Below, piece by piece: positions 53,229 to 62,548 of a stretch of 64,000 nt of DNA. Source of the stretch: an uncultured Chloroflexia bacterium (lineage in GTDB: Bacteria; Chloroflexota; Limnocylindria; Limnocylindrales; CSP1-4); NCBI GenBank assembly GCA_963828165.1, contig CAWHDR010000001.1, forward strand, positions 1,024,001-1,088,000, written 5' to 3'. Numbering within the stretch: position 1 is the stretch's first letter; each line of letters opens with the position of its first letter. Below the pieces are notes generated by a model. The model ran no database searches. It was not told the origin of the DNA and saw only the letters and a list, made by a program, of their open reading frames with translations. The position numbers were made by a program, and so were the translations under genes.

Positions 53229-53666
53229 GTGGAAACGACCGCCTCTCCCATCGATGCGGCCCTCGGCCAGGCCGGCTATCGCGCAACCGGCGCTCGCCGG
53301 GCCGTCGTCGACCTGATCACCCGACGCGACGGCCACTTCACGGCCGCCGACCTCGTCGACGATGCCCGGAGCCGCGGTCTCCGCATCGGTCGAGCCACCA
53401 TCTTCCGGACGCTGGATGTCCTCGCGGAGCTGCGTGCAGTCGAGCGTCTCGACCTGCCCAGCGGCGACCACGCCTACGTGGCGTGCGAGCCCGCGCACCA
53501 CCACCACGTGGTCTGTTCCCGCTGCGGTCGCAGCAGCGACGCCGACGACGCCGGCTTGCGCGCCGTCGTCCGCGACATCGAGCGGCAGACCGGCTATCGC
53601 ATCGACGAACACCGGCTCGAACTGTTCGGCCAGTGCCCCGATTGTCGTGCTGGAGGATCCGCCTGA
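53229..53666 (+). CDS. Fur family regulator (Zur-like)
   Basis: RATIFRTL, HHHHVVCSRCG, GQCPDC. Confidence 0.9.
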   Translation: METTASPIDAALGQAGYRATGARRAVVDLITRRDGHFTAADLVDDARSRGLRIGRATIFRTLDVLAELRAVERLDLPSGDHAYVACEPAHHHHVVCSRCGRSSDADDAGLRAVVRDIERQTGYRIDEHRLELFGQCPDCRAGGSA

Positions 53667-54418
53667 TGCCCCTCGCGCTGGTCGTGTCCTTTGGCGCCTT
53701 CGCGTCCGCCCTGGTGGGCGGCTGGCTGGCGATGCGCGCGGTGCGCTATGTCGGACTGATCATCGCGATCGGTGCCGGGATCCGGATCGGCGCGGCGTTC
53801 TTCGACTTGATCCCCGAATCCGTGGAGCACCTCGGGTCCATCGACCTGGCGATGCTCGTGACCACGATCGGGTTCCTGGCCTTCTACGCCCTCGACAAGG
53901 TCACGGCACTGCACGTGGGGCATGAGACCGCGTCGGAGCTCGACCACGAGGCGACCACCCACCAGCACATCGGCATCCTGGGAGCCAGCGGGATGGCGAT
54001 CCACAGCTTCCTCGATGGCGTCGCCCTCGCGGCGGCGCTGTCCGTGGGTGGCGCGCTGGGCACGATCATCGCGGTGGTCGTCATCGTCCACCGCTTCAGC
54101 GACGGCATCGGGGTCGTCAGCTTCATCCTGGCGAGCCGGATGCCCTCGAGCACCGCCTATCGTTGGGTGCTGCTCGTGGCCGCCGCGCCCGTCCTGGGCG
54201 TGCTCGTGGGCAGCGTCCTGACGATCTCCGACGAGATGCTCGGCGCGATCCTGGGGTTCTTCGCCGGCTTCTTCCTGTACGTCGGTGCGGCGGAGCTCCT
54301 GCCCGAGGCGCATCGGCGCGACAGCTCGCGGGTCGTGGTCGCCGCGACCCTGGGCGGTGCGCTCGCGATCTACCTGTTCTCGGTCTGGGTCGGGGCCATC
54401 GGCGTCGGCGTCGCCTGA
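53666..54418 (+). CDS. ZIP family metal transporter
   Basis: DLIPE, HSFLDG, VHRFSDG, ELLPEAH; TGATG overlap. Confidence 0.88.
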   Translation: MPLALVVSFGAFASALVGGWLAMRAVRYVGLIIAIGAGIRIGAAFFDLIPESVEHLGSIDLAMLVTTIGFLAFYALDKVTALHVGHETASELDHEATTHQHIGILGASGMAIHSFLDGVALAAALSVGGALGTIIAVVVIVHRFSDGIGVVSFILASRMPSSTAYRWVLLVAAAPVLGVLVGSVLTISDEMLGAILGFFAGFFLYVGAAELLPEAHRRDSSRVVVAATLGGALAIYLFSVWVGAIGVGVA

Positions 54419-54423
54419 CCGCC

Positions 54424-55338
54424 TCAGCCGGCCAGCGCCGCCTCGAGCTCACGAGCGGTCGGCATCCCCTCGCGCGCGCCCGGGCGCGTGACCGCCAGGG
54501 AAGCGGCGACGACCGCGCGGCGCGCCGCCTCGGTCACCGGCAGGCCGGCCGCCAGCCCGGCGGCGACGGAGCCGTTGAGCGTGTCCCCGGCACCGACCGT
54601 ATCGACGACGACCACGTCCGCCGCCGGGATCATGGTGGATCCCTCCTGACCGACGAGCACGGCCCCGCGACCCCCGAGGGTGATCAGGACGTGGCCACCG
54701 CCCGCGATCGCATTGAGGAGATGGCCGCCGAGGATTTCGGGGTCGTCCCCGTGCCCCGCGAGCTGGGCAGCTTCCCGTTCGTTGGGCGTGAGGATGTCAG
54801 TGAGCGCCAGCGTTTCGGCACCCACGCCGGTGGCCGGCGCGGGGTTGAAGACCGTGATCGCCCCGGCCGCCTTTGCGTACCGCAGCGCCTCGTTCGCGCT
54901 CGCCGTTGGGATCTCGTGCCCCACCAGGACGACGTCGCCGGCACCCGGACCCAGTCGTTCGAGCGAATCGCGGACATGCCCGGGCTCGAGGGCGCCGTTG
55001 GCGCCGCCCGCGACGGCGATGCAGTTCTCGCCCCGGGTGTCGACGAGGATCAGCGCGACGCCGGTCGCTTGGTCCGGGAGGGTCCGAAGCTCGGTCACGT
55101 CCACGCGCTCGGCCTCGAGGGCCGCCCGCGCCGCCATCCCATGATCGTCAGCGCCGACCGCCCCGACGAACGACGTCGATGCACCGAGCCGCGCCGCCGC
55201 TACGGCCTGATTGCCGCCCTTGCCCCCGTGATGCTGGGCGAACCGACCGCCGGTCACCGTCTCCCCGGGTGAGGGCAGGTGGTCGACCGTCGCGACGAGG
55301 TCCACGTTGACCGAGCCCACGACGATCACGCGGCTCAT
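54424..55338 (-). CDS. rbsK: Ribokinase (PfkB family)
   Basis: VVGSVNVD, GGKGGNQAVAAARLG, PNE, DTVGAGD. Confidence 0.85.
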   Translation of the reverse strand: MSRVIVVGSVNVDLVATVDHLPSPGETVTGGRFAQHHGGKGGNQAVAAARLGASTSFVGAVGADDHGMAARAALEAERVDVTELRTLPDQATGVALILVDTRGENCIAVAGGANGALEPGHVRDSLERLGPGAGDVVLVGHEIPTASANEALRYAKAAGAITVFNPAPATGVGAETLALTDILTPNEREAAQLAGHGDDPEILGGHLLNAIAGGGHVLITLGGRGAVLVGQEGSTMIPAADVVVVDTVGAGDTLNGSVAAGLAAGLPVTEAARRAVVAASLAVTRPGAREGMPTARELEAALAG

Positions 55339-55345
55339 GCCGACC

Positions 55346-56167
55346 TCACGAGCCGGTGATGTACTCGCCGCCGTCCACGCTGATGATGTCGCCGTTGATG
55401 AACTCGGTGCCGTCGCCGGACAGCGCCAGGATCGCGTTCGCGACGTCCTGCGGCGTCGTCATCCGGCCGGTCGGATTCCGCTTCATCGTGATGTCGATCA
55501 TCGTCTGCGACTCGGGGATCTTGAGGAGCGCCGGGGTCACCGTCACGCCCGCGCGGATGCAGTTCGCCGTCGCGCCCGTGTTGTTACGAGCCAGCTCCAT
55601 GGCCAGCTGGCGGATGTGCGACTCCAGCGCCGCCTTGGCAGACGACACGACGCCGTACGAGGGCACCACCCGGGTCGAGCCCTCCGAGGTCATCGCGTAG
55701 ATCTTGGAGCCCTGTCCGAGGAAGCCGCCCCGCCACAGGTCCTGGACCCAGTAGACGAGGCTGTTGGCCATGACGTCCTGGGTCATCTCCATCTTCTTCC
55801 GATCCACGCCGCCCTTGGGGTCGTCGGTCAGGAAGGGCACGAGCGAGCCGAAGGCCAACGAGTGCATGACGATCCGCACGTACGGCTCGCGGCCCTCCGC
55901 CCGGGATCGGTCGAACCGCTCGCGCAGGGTCGCCAGGGCCGCCGCGCGCTTCTCGTCATCGGCGGCGTTCATGTTGATGAACAGCGCCTCCGACCCCGCA
56001 GCTTCGATGGCGCCCTTGACCTCGTCGACGTGGGCGAGCGCCGCGCGGAAATCGAGATGGATCCCGGCGATCTTGTAGCCGGCCTTCGCGAGCGTGATCG
56101 AGGTCGCCTCGCCCATGCCGGATGAGGCGCCAAGGATCAGCGCCCAGCGTTCGCGATCGTCGGTCAT
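55346..56167 (-). CDS. SDR oxidoreductase (enoyl-ACP reductase-like)
   Basis: GASSGMG, YGVVSSAK, TPAL, VDGG; AGGAGG SD. Confidence 0.85.
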   Translation of the reverse strand: MTDDRERWALILGASSGMGEATSITLAKAGYKIAGIHLDFRAALAHVDEVKGAIEAAGSEALFINMNAADDEKRAAALATLRERFDRSRAEGREPYVRIVMHSLAFGSLVPFLTDDPKGGVDRKKMEMTQDVMANSLVYWVQDLWRGGFLGQGSKIYAMTSEGSTRVVPSYGVVSSAKAALESHIRQLAMELARNNTGATANCIRAGVTVTPALLKIPESQTMIDITMKRNPTGRMTTPQDVANAILALSGDGTEFINGDIISVDGGEYITGS

Positions 56168-56306
56168 GGTCGGGTGGGCCCTCCTGTCGTGGGTGCGGTG
56201 AGCGGTTCGCACCGTCGAGCGCGCCGAGTCTAGCAGCGAGCGACCGGCCGACCTCCTGCGGTCGCGTGCAGTCCTGCACGTGCGCTTCGAGGACCCTTGA
56301 CCGCCC

Positions 56307-57545
56307 CTAGACGACGCCCAGCGCGCGCAGGCGCGCGACCTCGTCGCCGCCGATGCCCAGCTCTGCGAGGACCTCGACGGTGTGCTCGCCGAGGAGCGGC
56401 GGGGGCGTCCGGACGGCACCCGGGGTCGCCCCGAACTCGATGGGGATGCCGGCCTGGCGCAGCACGCCGAGGGCAGGGTGCTCGACCTCGACGAGCATGG
56501 ATCGGGCGGTCGCCTCGGGCGACTCGAACGCCGTGAGGACGTCGGTGATCGGGCCGCACGGGATGTCGGCGGCGGTCAGGGCCGCGAGCCACGCGTCGGT
56601 TGGTCGTGCCGCGAGACGATCGGCGATCAGCGGCCGCAACGTGGCGCGGGCCGTGACTCGATCGCCGTTCGTCGCGAAGCGCGGATCGTCGGCGAGCTCC
56701 GGCGCTCCGATGGCGGCGCAGAAGCGCGGCCACTGGCGTTCGGACCCCACTGCGACCACGATCTCTCCGTCACTGGTGGCGAAGGTCTCGTACGGGACGA
56801 TGTTCGGATGGGCGTTGCCCCGGCGGCCGGGCGTCGACCCGGTGACGAAGGCGTTCTGCGCCTGGTTGACCAGCACGGCCAGGGTGGATGCCAGCAGGGA
56901 GACGTCGACGCGCTGGCCGCGCACCGGGCCATCGGAGCGGCGAGCCACGAGCCCGGCGAGGATCCCCACGGTGGCGAACAACCCCGCGACGATGTCGCTG
57001 ATCGCGACCCCGACCTTGGTCGGGTGGCCGCCATCGACGTCCGCGTCCCCGGTGATGGACATCAGCCCTCCGACCGCCTGGATCACGAAGTCGTATCCCG
57101 GGCGTTCCGCGGCCGGGCCGTCGGGCCCGTAGCCGCTGATGGCGAGGTGGACGAGGTCCGGGTTGAGCTCGCGCAGGGTCTCCTCGTCGAATCCGAGCCT
57201 CGCCAGCGATCCCGGTCGGAGGTTTTCCACGAGGACATCAGCTTCCGCGAGCAGGCGGCGCAGGATGTCGGCCCCGGCTTCATGGCGGACATCCAGTCGC
57301 ACCGATCGCTTGTTGCGGTTGACCGCGAGGTAGTAGGCAGCGGTCCGCGTTCCGGCTCCCTCGTCCCCGACCCAGGGCGGTCCCCAGCCGCGCGTCGCGT
57401 CACCCTCGGGCGGCTCCACCTTCACCACGTCCGCCCCAAGGTCGGCCAGGAGCATCGTCGCGTACGGCCCGGCGAGCACCGTCGAGAGGTCGATGACGCG
57501 CAGCCCGGCGAGCGGGCCTGCGGGGAGTGACGACGCATGGGGCAT
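56307..57545 (-). CDS. Family III CoA transferase (CaiB/BaiF)
   Basis: LAGPYATMLLADLGADVVKVE, NRNKRS, ENLRPG, PLLGEHT. Confidence 0.92.
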   Translation of the reverse strand: MPHASSLPAGPLAGLRVIDLSTVLAGPYATMLLADLGADVVKVEPPEGDATRGWGPPWVGDEGAGTRTAAYYLAVNRNKRSVRLDVRHEAGADILRRLLAEADVLVENLRPGSLARLGFDEETLRELNPDLVHLAISGYGPDGPAAERPGYDFVIQAVGGLMSITGDADVDGGHPTKVGVAISDIVAGLFATVGILAGLVARRSDGPVRGQRVDVSLLASTLAVLVNQAQNAFVTGSTPGRRGNAHPNIVPYETFATSDGEIVVAVGSERQWPRFCAAIGAPELADDPRFATNGDRVTARATLRPLIADRLAARPTDAWLAALTAADIPCGPITDVLTAFESPEATARSMLVEVEHPALGVLRQAGIPIEFGATPGAVRTPPPLLGEHTVEVLAELGIGGDEVARLRALGVV

Positions 57546-57602
57546 GGCGCCGATGGTAGCGCCGGGTCGGGATCGTCTGGTGCCCGCGGACTTCGCGAGG
57601 AC

Positions 57603-58244
57603 TCAGCCGGCTTGGCCCTCGGCGAGTGGCCCCTCGCAGCTCCGGCCGAACGGATCGCGGATTTCGATCACACCATCCCGGGCCGGCGTGATCCAGTCGA
57701 TGTGGTCACGGTTGACGACGATCGCGCCGACGTGATGCCGGTGATGGGTGGCGCCGTCGTCGTACTCGATCCAGGCGTCGGTGAGGGGCACCATCGGCTC
57801 GCGGCTACGGATGGAGACCAGGGGCGGCGATCCGGGCAGCGCATGGAGGTAGCCGCGGACCTGATACGGGCCGAGTTGCATCGCCAGTGGATGCTGCAAC
57901 GTCCGGCGGCGACGACCCGCTTCGCCACGTGGACCTGCCGCGTGCACGAACAGGATCTCTTCGCGGCGGACCTGGACCTCCTTCGCCTCGAGGGCACCAG
58001 CGTCCCGGAGCCGCTGGACCATCACGTCCACGAGCTGGACCTCGTCGTGCTGGTTGAGCAGGTCGGTCATCCGATCGGCGGACAGCCGCACGCGGCCCGA
58101 GAGCACGCAGTCCTCGGCGTAGGCAACGAAGTCGACCATCGGATGCCGCAAGCGAGCAGCGTCCAGGGAGGCGACGGGATCGGCCTGATCCGATCCAGGT
58201 CGCTGGAACGCGAAGAGCAGTCGTCGGCCGGCGTCGTGGATCAT
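57603..58244 (-). CDS. Hypothetical protein with two related beta domains (start may be 58139)
   Basis: GRV...RMTDLLN...VQLVD...VRREEILFV repeated as RGYLH...MVPLTDA...VNRDHIDWI. Confidence 0.6.
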   Translation of the reverse strand: MIHDAGRRLLFAFQRPGSDQADPVASLDAARLRHPMVDFVAYAEDCVLSGRVRLSADRMTDLLNQHDEVQLVDVMVQRLRDAGALEAKEVQVRREEILFVHAAGPRGEAGRRRRTLQHPLAMQLGPYQVRGYLHALPGSPPLVSIRSREPMVPLTDAWIEYDDGATHHRHHVGAIVVNRDHIDWITPARDGVIEIRDPFGRSCEGPLAEGQAG

Positions 58245-58417
58245 GTTGCCATGGTGGGTCCGCCGAGCTGCGGAGCGGGTCACCCGGAGGTCCTGTTCCC
58301 CGGCTGGCGTTGTGGCGTCGCACCGTTGCCTGCGCGCAAGTCCTGCCCGGGCATGGCCCGAATGGGTGTGCATCCTGTCGACACGACCGCCTGCGCGGAT
58401 AGCGCTAGCATCGCGCC

Positions 58418-59380
58418 ATGACCGACCGAGCCGCCGCCGCACCCCACATCCCGACCCTGATGACGGTCCATGCCCATCCCGACGACGAGACGATCGGGAC
58501 CGGCGGGACGATGGCCAAGGCCGTGGCGGAAGGCAAGCGCGTGGTCCTCGTGACGTGCACTCGCGGCGAGATGGGCGAGATCGTCGTCCCCGACCTCGAC
58601 ACGCCGGACAACCATCGCCGTCTGGGAGAGTTGCGCGCCGTCGAGCTGGAACGCGCGATGGCCCACCTCGCCGTCACCGAGTGGGAGAACCTCGGCTACC
58701 ACGACTCCGACATGATGGGGCGACCCGGGAACCACGATCCGCGATCGTTCTGGCAGGCCGATCTCGACGAGGCCGCACGTCGTCTGGTCTGGTTCATCCG
58801 TCGCTACCAGCCAGATGTCGTAACGACCTACAACGACTTCGGCGGGTACGGTCACCCCGACCATATCCGGACGCACGACGTCGCGGTCCGGGCGTTCCCT
58901 CGAGCCGGTGACGCGGCGTGGTACGCGGAACAGCTCGCTCCCGAGCATGGCGGCACGGGCCCGGCCACCGAGGACGGCGGCCTCGCTCCGTGGACGCCGG
59001 CGAAGCTGTACGAGCAGGCGATCCCGGAGTCCACGCGCACTGCGATGCGCGAGCGCCTCGAGGCGCTCGGCAAGCCGAGCTTCTGGGCACCGCCCGAGGA
59101 CGCGACCCCGGAGCAGCTCGCCGAGTTCGAGGCCTACATGGCGAAGATGCTCGTGCCCGATGCATCGATCACGACGTGGGTCGACATCTCGGGCGATCCG
59201 CTCGAGCGCAAGTGGGCCGCGATCCAGGAGCACGTGACCCAGATCGCGGCCGACTCGTCATTCATGCTCTTCGGCCTCGACGGCTGGCGTGAGGCCTGGG
59301 CCAAGGAGGCCTTCATCCTGCGGGAGTCGAGCGTCGAGACCGAGCGGCCCGAGAACGACCTGTTCGCCGGCCTCGCCTGA
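58418..59380 (+). CDS. PIG-L family deacetylase (MshB/Mca-like)
   Basis: VHAHPDDE, TCTRGEMGE, GGYGHPDH, HVTQ, DLFAGL. Confidence 0.9.
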   Translation: MTDRAAAAPHIPTLMTVHAHPDDETIGTGGTMAKAVAEGKRVVLVTCTRGEMGEIVVPDLDTPDNHRRLGELRAVELERAMAHLAVTEWENLGYHDSDMMGRPGNHDPRSFWQADLDEAARRLVWFIRRYQPDVVTTYNDFGGYGHPDHIRTHDVAVRAFPRAGDAAWYAEQLAPEHGGTGPATEDGGLAPWTPAKLYEQAIPESTRTAMRERLEALGKPSFWAPPEDATPEQLAEFEAYMAKMLVPDASITTWVDISGDPLERKWAAIQEHVTQIAADSSFMLFGLDGWREAWAKEAFILRESSVETERPENDLFAGLA

Positions 59381-59423
59381 GGGTCCCGGCGGGACCGGCG
59401 GTTCCGGGCGGGTACGCGTCAAC

Positions 59424-61079
59424 CTACCAGGGCAGGATCCCCTTCGACGCGTCGTAGATCTGGCCCATCACCACGCGGCCGTCACCGGCAGGATCGAGGA
59501 AGTTTGGCTGGGCCTTGTCCAGGATGATGTGCGGCCGCATCCGGGCCTGCACGAGGTCCTTGCCGTGGAAGGTGAGCTCGAGGGTGATGCCCTCCATGGT
59601 CGGCTCGGACCACGTCTGGTCGAAGATGAAGTTGCCGAGCGCATACCAGATGGGCTTGCCGTCGTGGATCTCCATGGCAGCGGCGTAATGCGCGTGGTTG
59701 CCGATGATCATGTCGGCACCGGCATCGATGATGTCGCGGGCCAGCTTCTGCTGTGCCGAGAACGGCGTGCGCCGGTACTCCGTGCCCCAGTGCGGGAAGA
59801 CGATGACGATGTCGGCGCCGCCCTTGCGCGCTCGCTTGATGTCGTTTCGCGCCCGGCTCAGCGTGAGCCTCGAACTGCCGGCGTCGTCTTCGCCCGCGGA
59901 GTAGTACGAGGCGATCGCGTCGTACCCGAGCACCGCGACCTTCACGCCACCCGCCTCCAGGATCGCGGGCTTGCGCGCCGCCGCGGAATCCTTGCCCGCG
60001 CCCGAGTAGGCCAGGCCACGTTCCTCGAGGTTGTCGATCGTCTGCAGGATCCCGGCGTCGCCGGCATCGCCGATGTGATTGTTGGCGAGCGACACGTAGT
60101 CGATGCCGGCGTTCACGAGGCCGTCGATGATCCCGGGGTCCGCCGAGAAGACCGTCCCGCTCGTATGCCAGCGGACGCGGTTCGGTGCCGGGTTCTCAAA
60201 GTTGGCGATGGCGATGTCCGCGCCCTTGATCAGCTCTCGCATGGCCCCCCGGTTGCCGGTCCGCCTGGTGACGGGCTGCTCCCAACCGAACCCGGAGCAA
60301 CAGGTGTGGCCGGTGATCTCGGCCGTCCCACCGTCGAACGGGAAGTCGACGCCCTTGCCCTTGATCCGGACGGTCTGGTACACGCCGCGGTCCAGGAGGA
60401 TGTCGCCGCCGGCGAACATCGTCCACGTCCGGGCGGGATCGAAGGTCGCATCGGCGGCAGCGGCCGGGAGCTGGGCATGCAGCCGCCACTCCCCCGCGGC
60501 GGTGACGCGGTCCCCGCCGAACAGCGATCGGCCACCCCAGGCTAGCGCCCGGACGGCCGGCGTCACGGCGTCGGCGCGCAGGAAAGCCAGGCGCTTGCGG
60601 TGCTTCGCGAGGTTCTTGGTGAGCGCGGCCGCGTCGGGGACGAGGACCAGGTGGTCGGCGTCGGCCGGGCGGCTCGCGTCGACCGCCGTGAGGATCGCGT
60701 CCGCTTCCCCTTCGACGAGGACCAGCGCCTCGTAGCGGGAGCTCGCGCCGGCAAGAACGGCAGCCACCTCGGCGCGCGTGGTGTTGGTCGGGATGGCACG
60801 GAATTGCGTGACCGGCACGACAGCGACATCCGCCAGCGGGGCCGTCGTGGCCGGTGTTGTGGCGGGTGTCGGGTCGGGCGTCGCGGCCGGATCCGCGGAC
60901 GGTGGCGCCTCGGTGCTCGCGGCGGGCGTGCCGCTCACACCGGCCGACGGGCTCGGTCCGGCGGCGATCCCGGACGGTCCCGGACTCCCCCCGCCGAACC
61001 CCAGCATCCCCCCGCTCATCGGCACGGCGATCGCCAGCGCGAGCAGACCCAGGACCACGAGCAGGGGAAGCCGTTTCAT
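59424..61079 (-). CDS. CapA family metallophosphoesterase, membrane anchored
   Basis: GGDILL, ANFE, LANNH, HWGTEY, GNHAH, YALGNF. Confidence 0.88.
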   Translation of the reverse strand: MKRLPLLVVLGLLALAIAVPMSGGMLGFGGGSPGPSGIAAGPSPSAGVSGTPAASTEAPPSADPAATPDPTPATTPATTAPLADVAVVPVTQFRAIPTNTTRAEVAAVLAGASSRYEALVLVEGEADAILTAVDASRPADADHLVLVPDAAALTKNLAKHRKRLAFLRADAVTPAVRALAWGGRSLFGGDRVTAAGEWRLHAQLPAAAADATFDPARTWTMFAGGDILLDRGVYQTVRIKGKGVDFPFDGGTAEITGHTCCSGFGWEQPVTRRTGNRGAMRELIKGADIAIANFENPAPNRVRWHTSGTVFSADPGIIDGLVNAGIDYVSLANNHIGDAGDAGILQTIDNLEERGLAYSGAGKDSAAARKPAILEAGGVKVAVLGYDAIASYYSAGEDDAGSSRLTLSRARNDIKRARKGGADIVIVFPHWGTEYRRTPFSAQQKLARDIIDAGADMIIGNHAHYAAAMEIHDGKPIWYALGNFIFDQTWSEPTMEGITLELTFHGKDLVQARMRPHIILDKAQPNFLDPAGDGRVVMGQIYDASKGILPW

Positions 61080-61147
61080 CGCGGCCGAATCGTAGCAGCG
61101 GCGACTCCCGCTACCCGGTGGCGCCTTCACGCGGCTATCCGGCGGGC

Positions 61148-61183
61148 AGAAGAACGCCCCGTCCGGGCGGGCGGACGGGGCGT
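61148..61183 (-). terminator. Intrinsic terminator downstream of tRNA-Asp
   Basis: 12-bp stem acgccccgtccg/cggacggggcgt followed by TCTTCT on the minus strand. Confidence 0.7.
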
Positions 61184-61199
61184 AGGGAAATGCGGGAGA

Positions 61200-61276
61200 T
61201 GGCGGACCCGACCGGATTCGAACCGGCGATCTCCAGCGTGACAGGCTGGCATGTTGGGCCGCTACACCACGGGTCC
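61200..61276 (-). tRNA. tRNA-Asp (GTC)
   Basis: GGACCCG...CT-GTC-AC anticodon loop...GGTTCGAATCC...CGGGTCCGCCA cloverleaf with encoded CCA. Confidence 0.97.
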
Positions 61277-61346
61277 AGTTGCGGCGAGGCCGGACTATAG
61301 CAGAGGCGACCGGCCTTGTCCGACCTCCCGCCTATACTCCCCGACG

Positions 61347-62492
61347 ATGCCGGATCGACCCATCGACCTCCGAAGTGACACGGTCTCGCGGCCCACCGAC
61401 GCCATGCGCAAGGCGATGGCCGAGGCCGAGGTCGGCGACGACGTCTTCGGCGACGACCCGACCGTCACGGCCCTTGAAGAACGCGCCGCGGAGCTCCTTG
61501 GCAAGGAAGCCGGGCTGTTCGTCGCGAGCGGCACGATGGGCAATCTCACGGCGATGATGGCGCATCTCGGCCGCGGCCAGGAGGTGATCGCCGGAGCGCA
61601 GCATCACCTCGTGATCGACGAGGCCGCCGGGCACGCGGTCATCGTCGGGGCGAGCGCTCGAAGCCTCCAGGACCGGCCCGACGGCACGCTCGACCCGGCG
61701 GCCATCGACGCCGCGTTCCGTGACCCGACCGACCCACACGAGCCCCTGTCCGGCCTCATCACGCTCGAGAACACCCATGCCCACTCGATGGCGCAGCCGC
61801 TGACGCCCGCATACACCCGCGAGGTCGCCGCGATCGCGCGCCGCCACGGCGTCCCGCTGCATATCGATGGCGCCCGTTTCTGGAACTCGGTCGTGGCCCA
61901 GCGCCCGGCCGGCGTGACGGCACGGGACCTCGCCGATCCTGCGGACACGGTGACCTTCTGCTTGTCGAAGGGGCTCGGCTGCCCGGTCGGGTCCGTTCTG
62001 GTCGGCACGACCGAGGTCATCGGTCGCGCGCGTCGAGCGCGGAAACTCGTCGGCGGCGGGATGCGCCAGGTCGGCGTGCTGGCGGCAGCCGGCCTCGTCG
62101 CGTTGGCCGATGGCCCCGCCGGCATGATCGACCGGCTTGCGGAGGATCACGCCAACGCCCGTCGACTTGCCGAGGCCCTGTCGGACATGGACGGCATCGC
62201 GAGTCCGGGTGGCACGGCTCAGCCGGCGACCGGTCCCCTGGATCCCGGTCGCGCGGCGACGAACTTCGTCCTGTTCAAGGTCGACCGTGATCGCGCGGCG
62301 TTCCTCGACGCGCTCCGTGCGCGGAACGTCCTGATGGTGGAATATGCCGACGGTCAGGTCCGAGCGGTCACCCATCACGACATCTCGACCGACGACATCG
62401 AGACGGTCATCCAAGCGACCCGCGACGCCCTGACCGAGACCGAGTCGACGACGACGGCGTCGCCACACCGACCGACGGTCGCAACGGCCTGA
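61347..62492 (+). CDS. ltaE: Low-specificity L-threonine aldolase
   Basis: DLRSDTV, VGDDVFGDDP, SGTMGN, LENTH, HIDGAR, CLSKGLG. Confidence 0.92.
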   Translation: MPDRPIDLRSDTVSRPTDAMRKAMAEAEVGDDVFGDDPTVTALEERAAELLGKEAGLFVASGTMGNLTAMMAHLGRGQEVIAGAQHHLVIDEAAGHAVIVGASARSLQDRPDGTLDPAAIDAAFRDPTDPHEPLSGLITLENTHAHSMAQPLTPAYTREVAAIARRHGVPLHIDGARFWNSVVAQRPAGVTARDLADPADTVTFCLSKGLGCPVGSVLVGTTEVIGRARRARKLVGGGMRQVGVLAAAGLVALADGPAGMIDRLAEDHANARRLAEALSDMDGIASPGGTAQPATGPLDPGRAATNFVLFKVDRDRAAFLDALRARNVLMVEYADGQVRAVTHHDISTDDIETVIQATRDALTETESTTTASPHRPTVATA

Positions 62493-62548
62493 TCCGCGCG
62501 CCGGCCATTCCCGCCGGCCACTCCCGCCGCACCTCCCAGGAGCCTTCC

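Noticed and set aside
61200-61276. tRNA-Asp as integration site of a genomic island
   Set aside because: No integrase nearby and no duplicated tRNA 3' end seen in the window.
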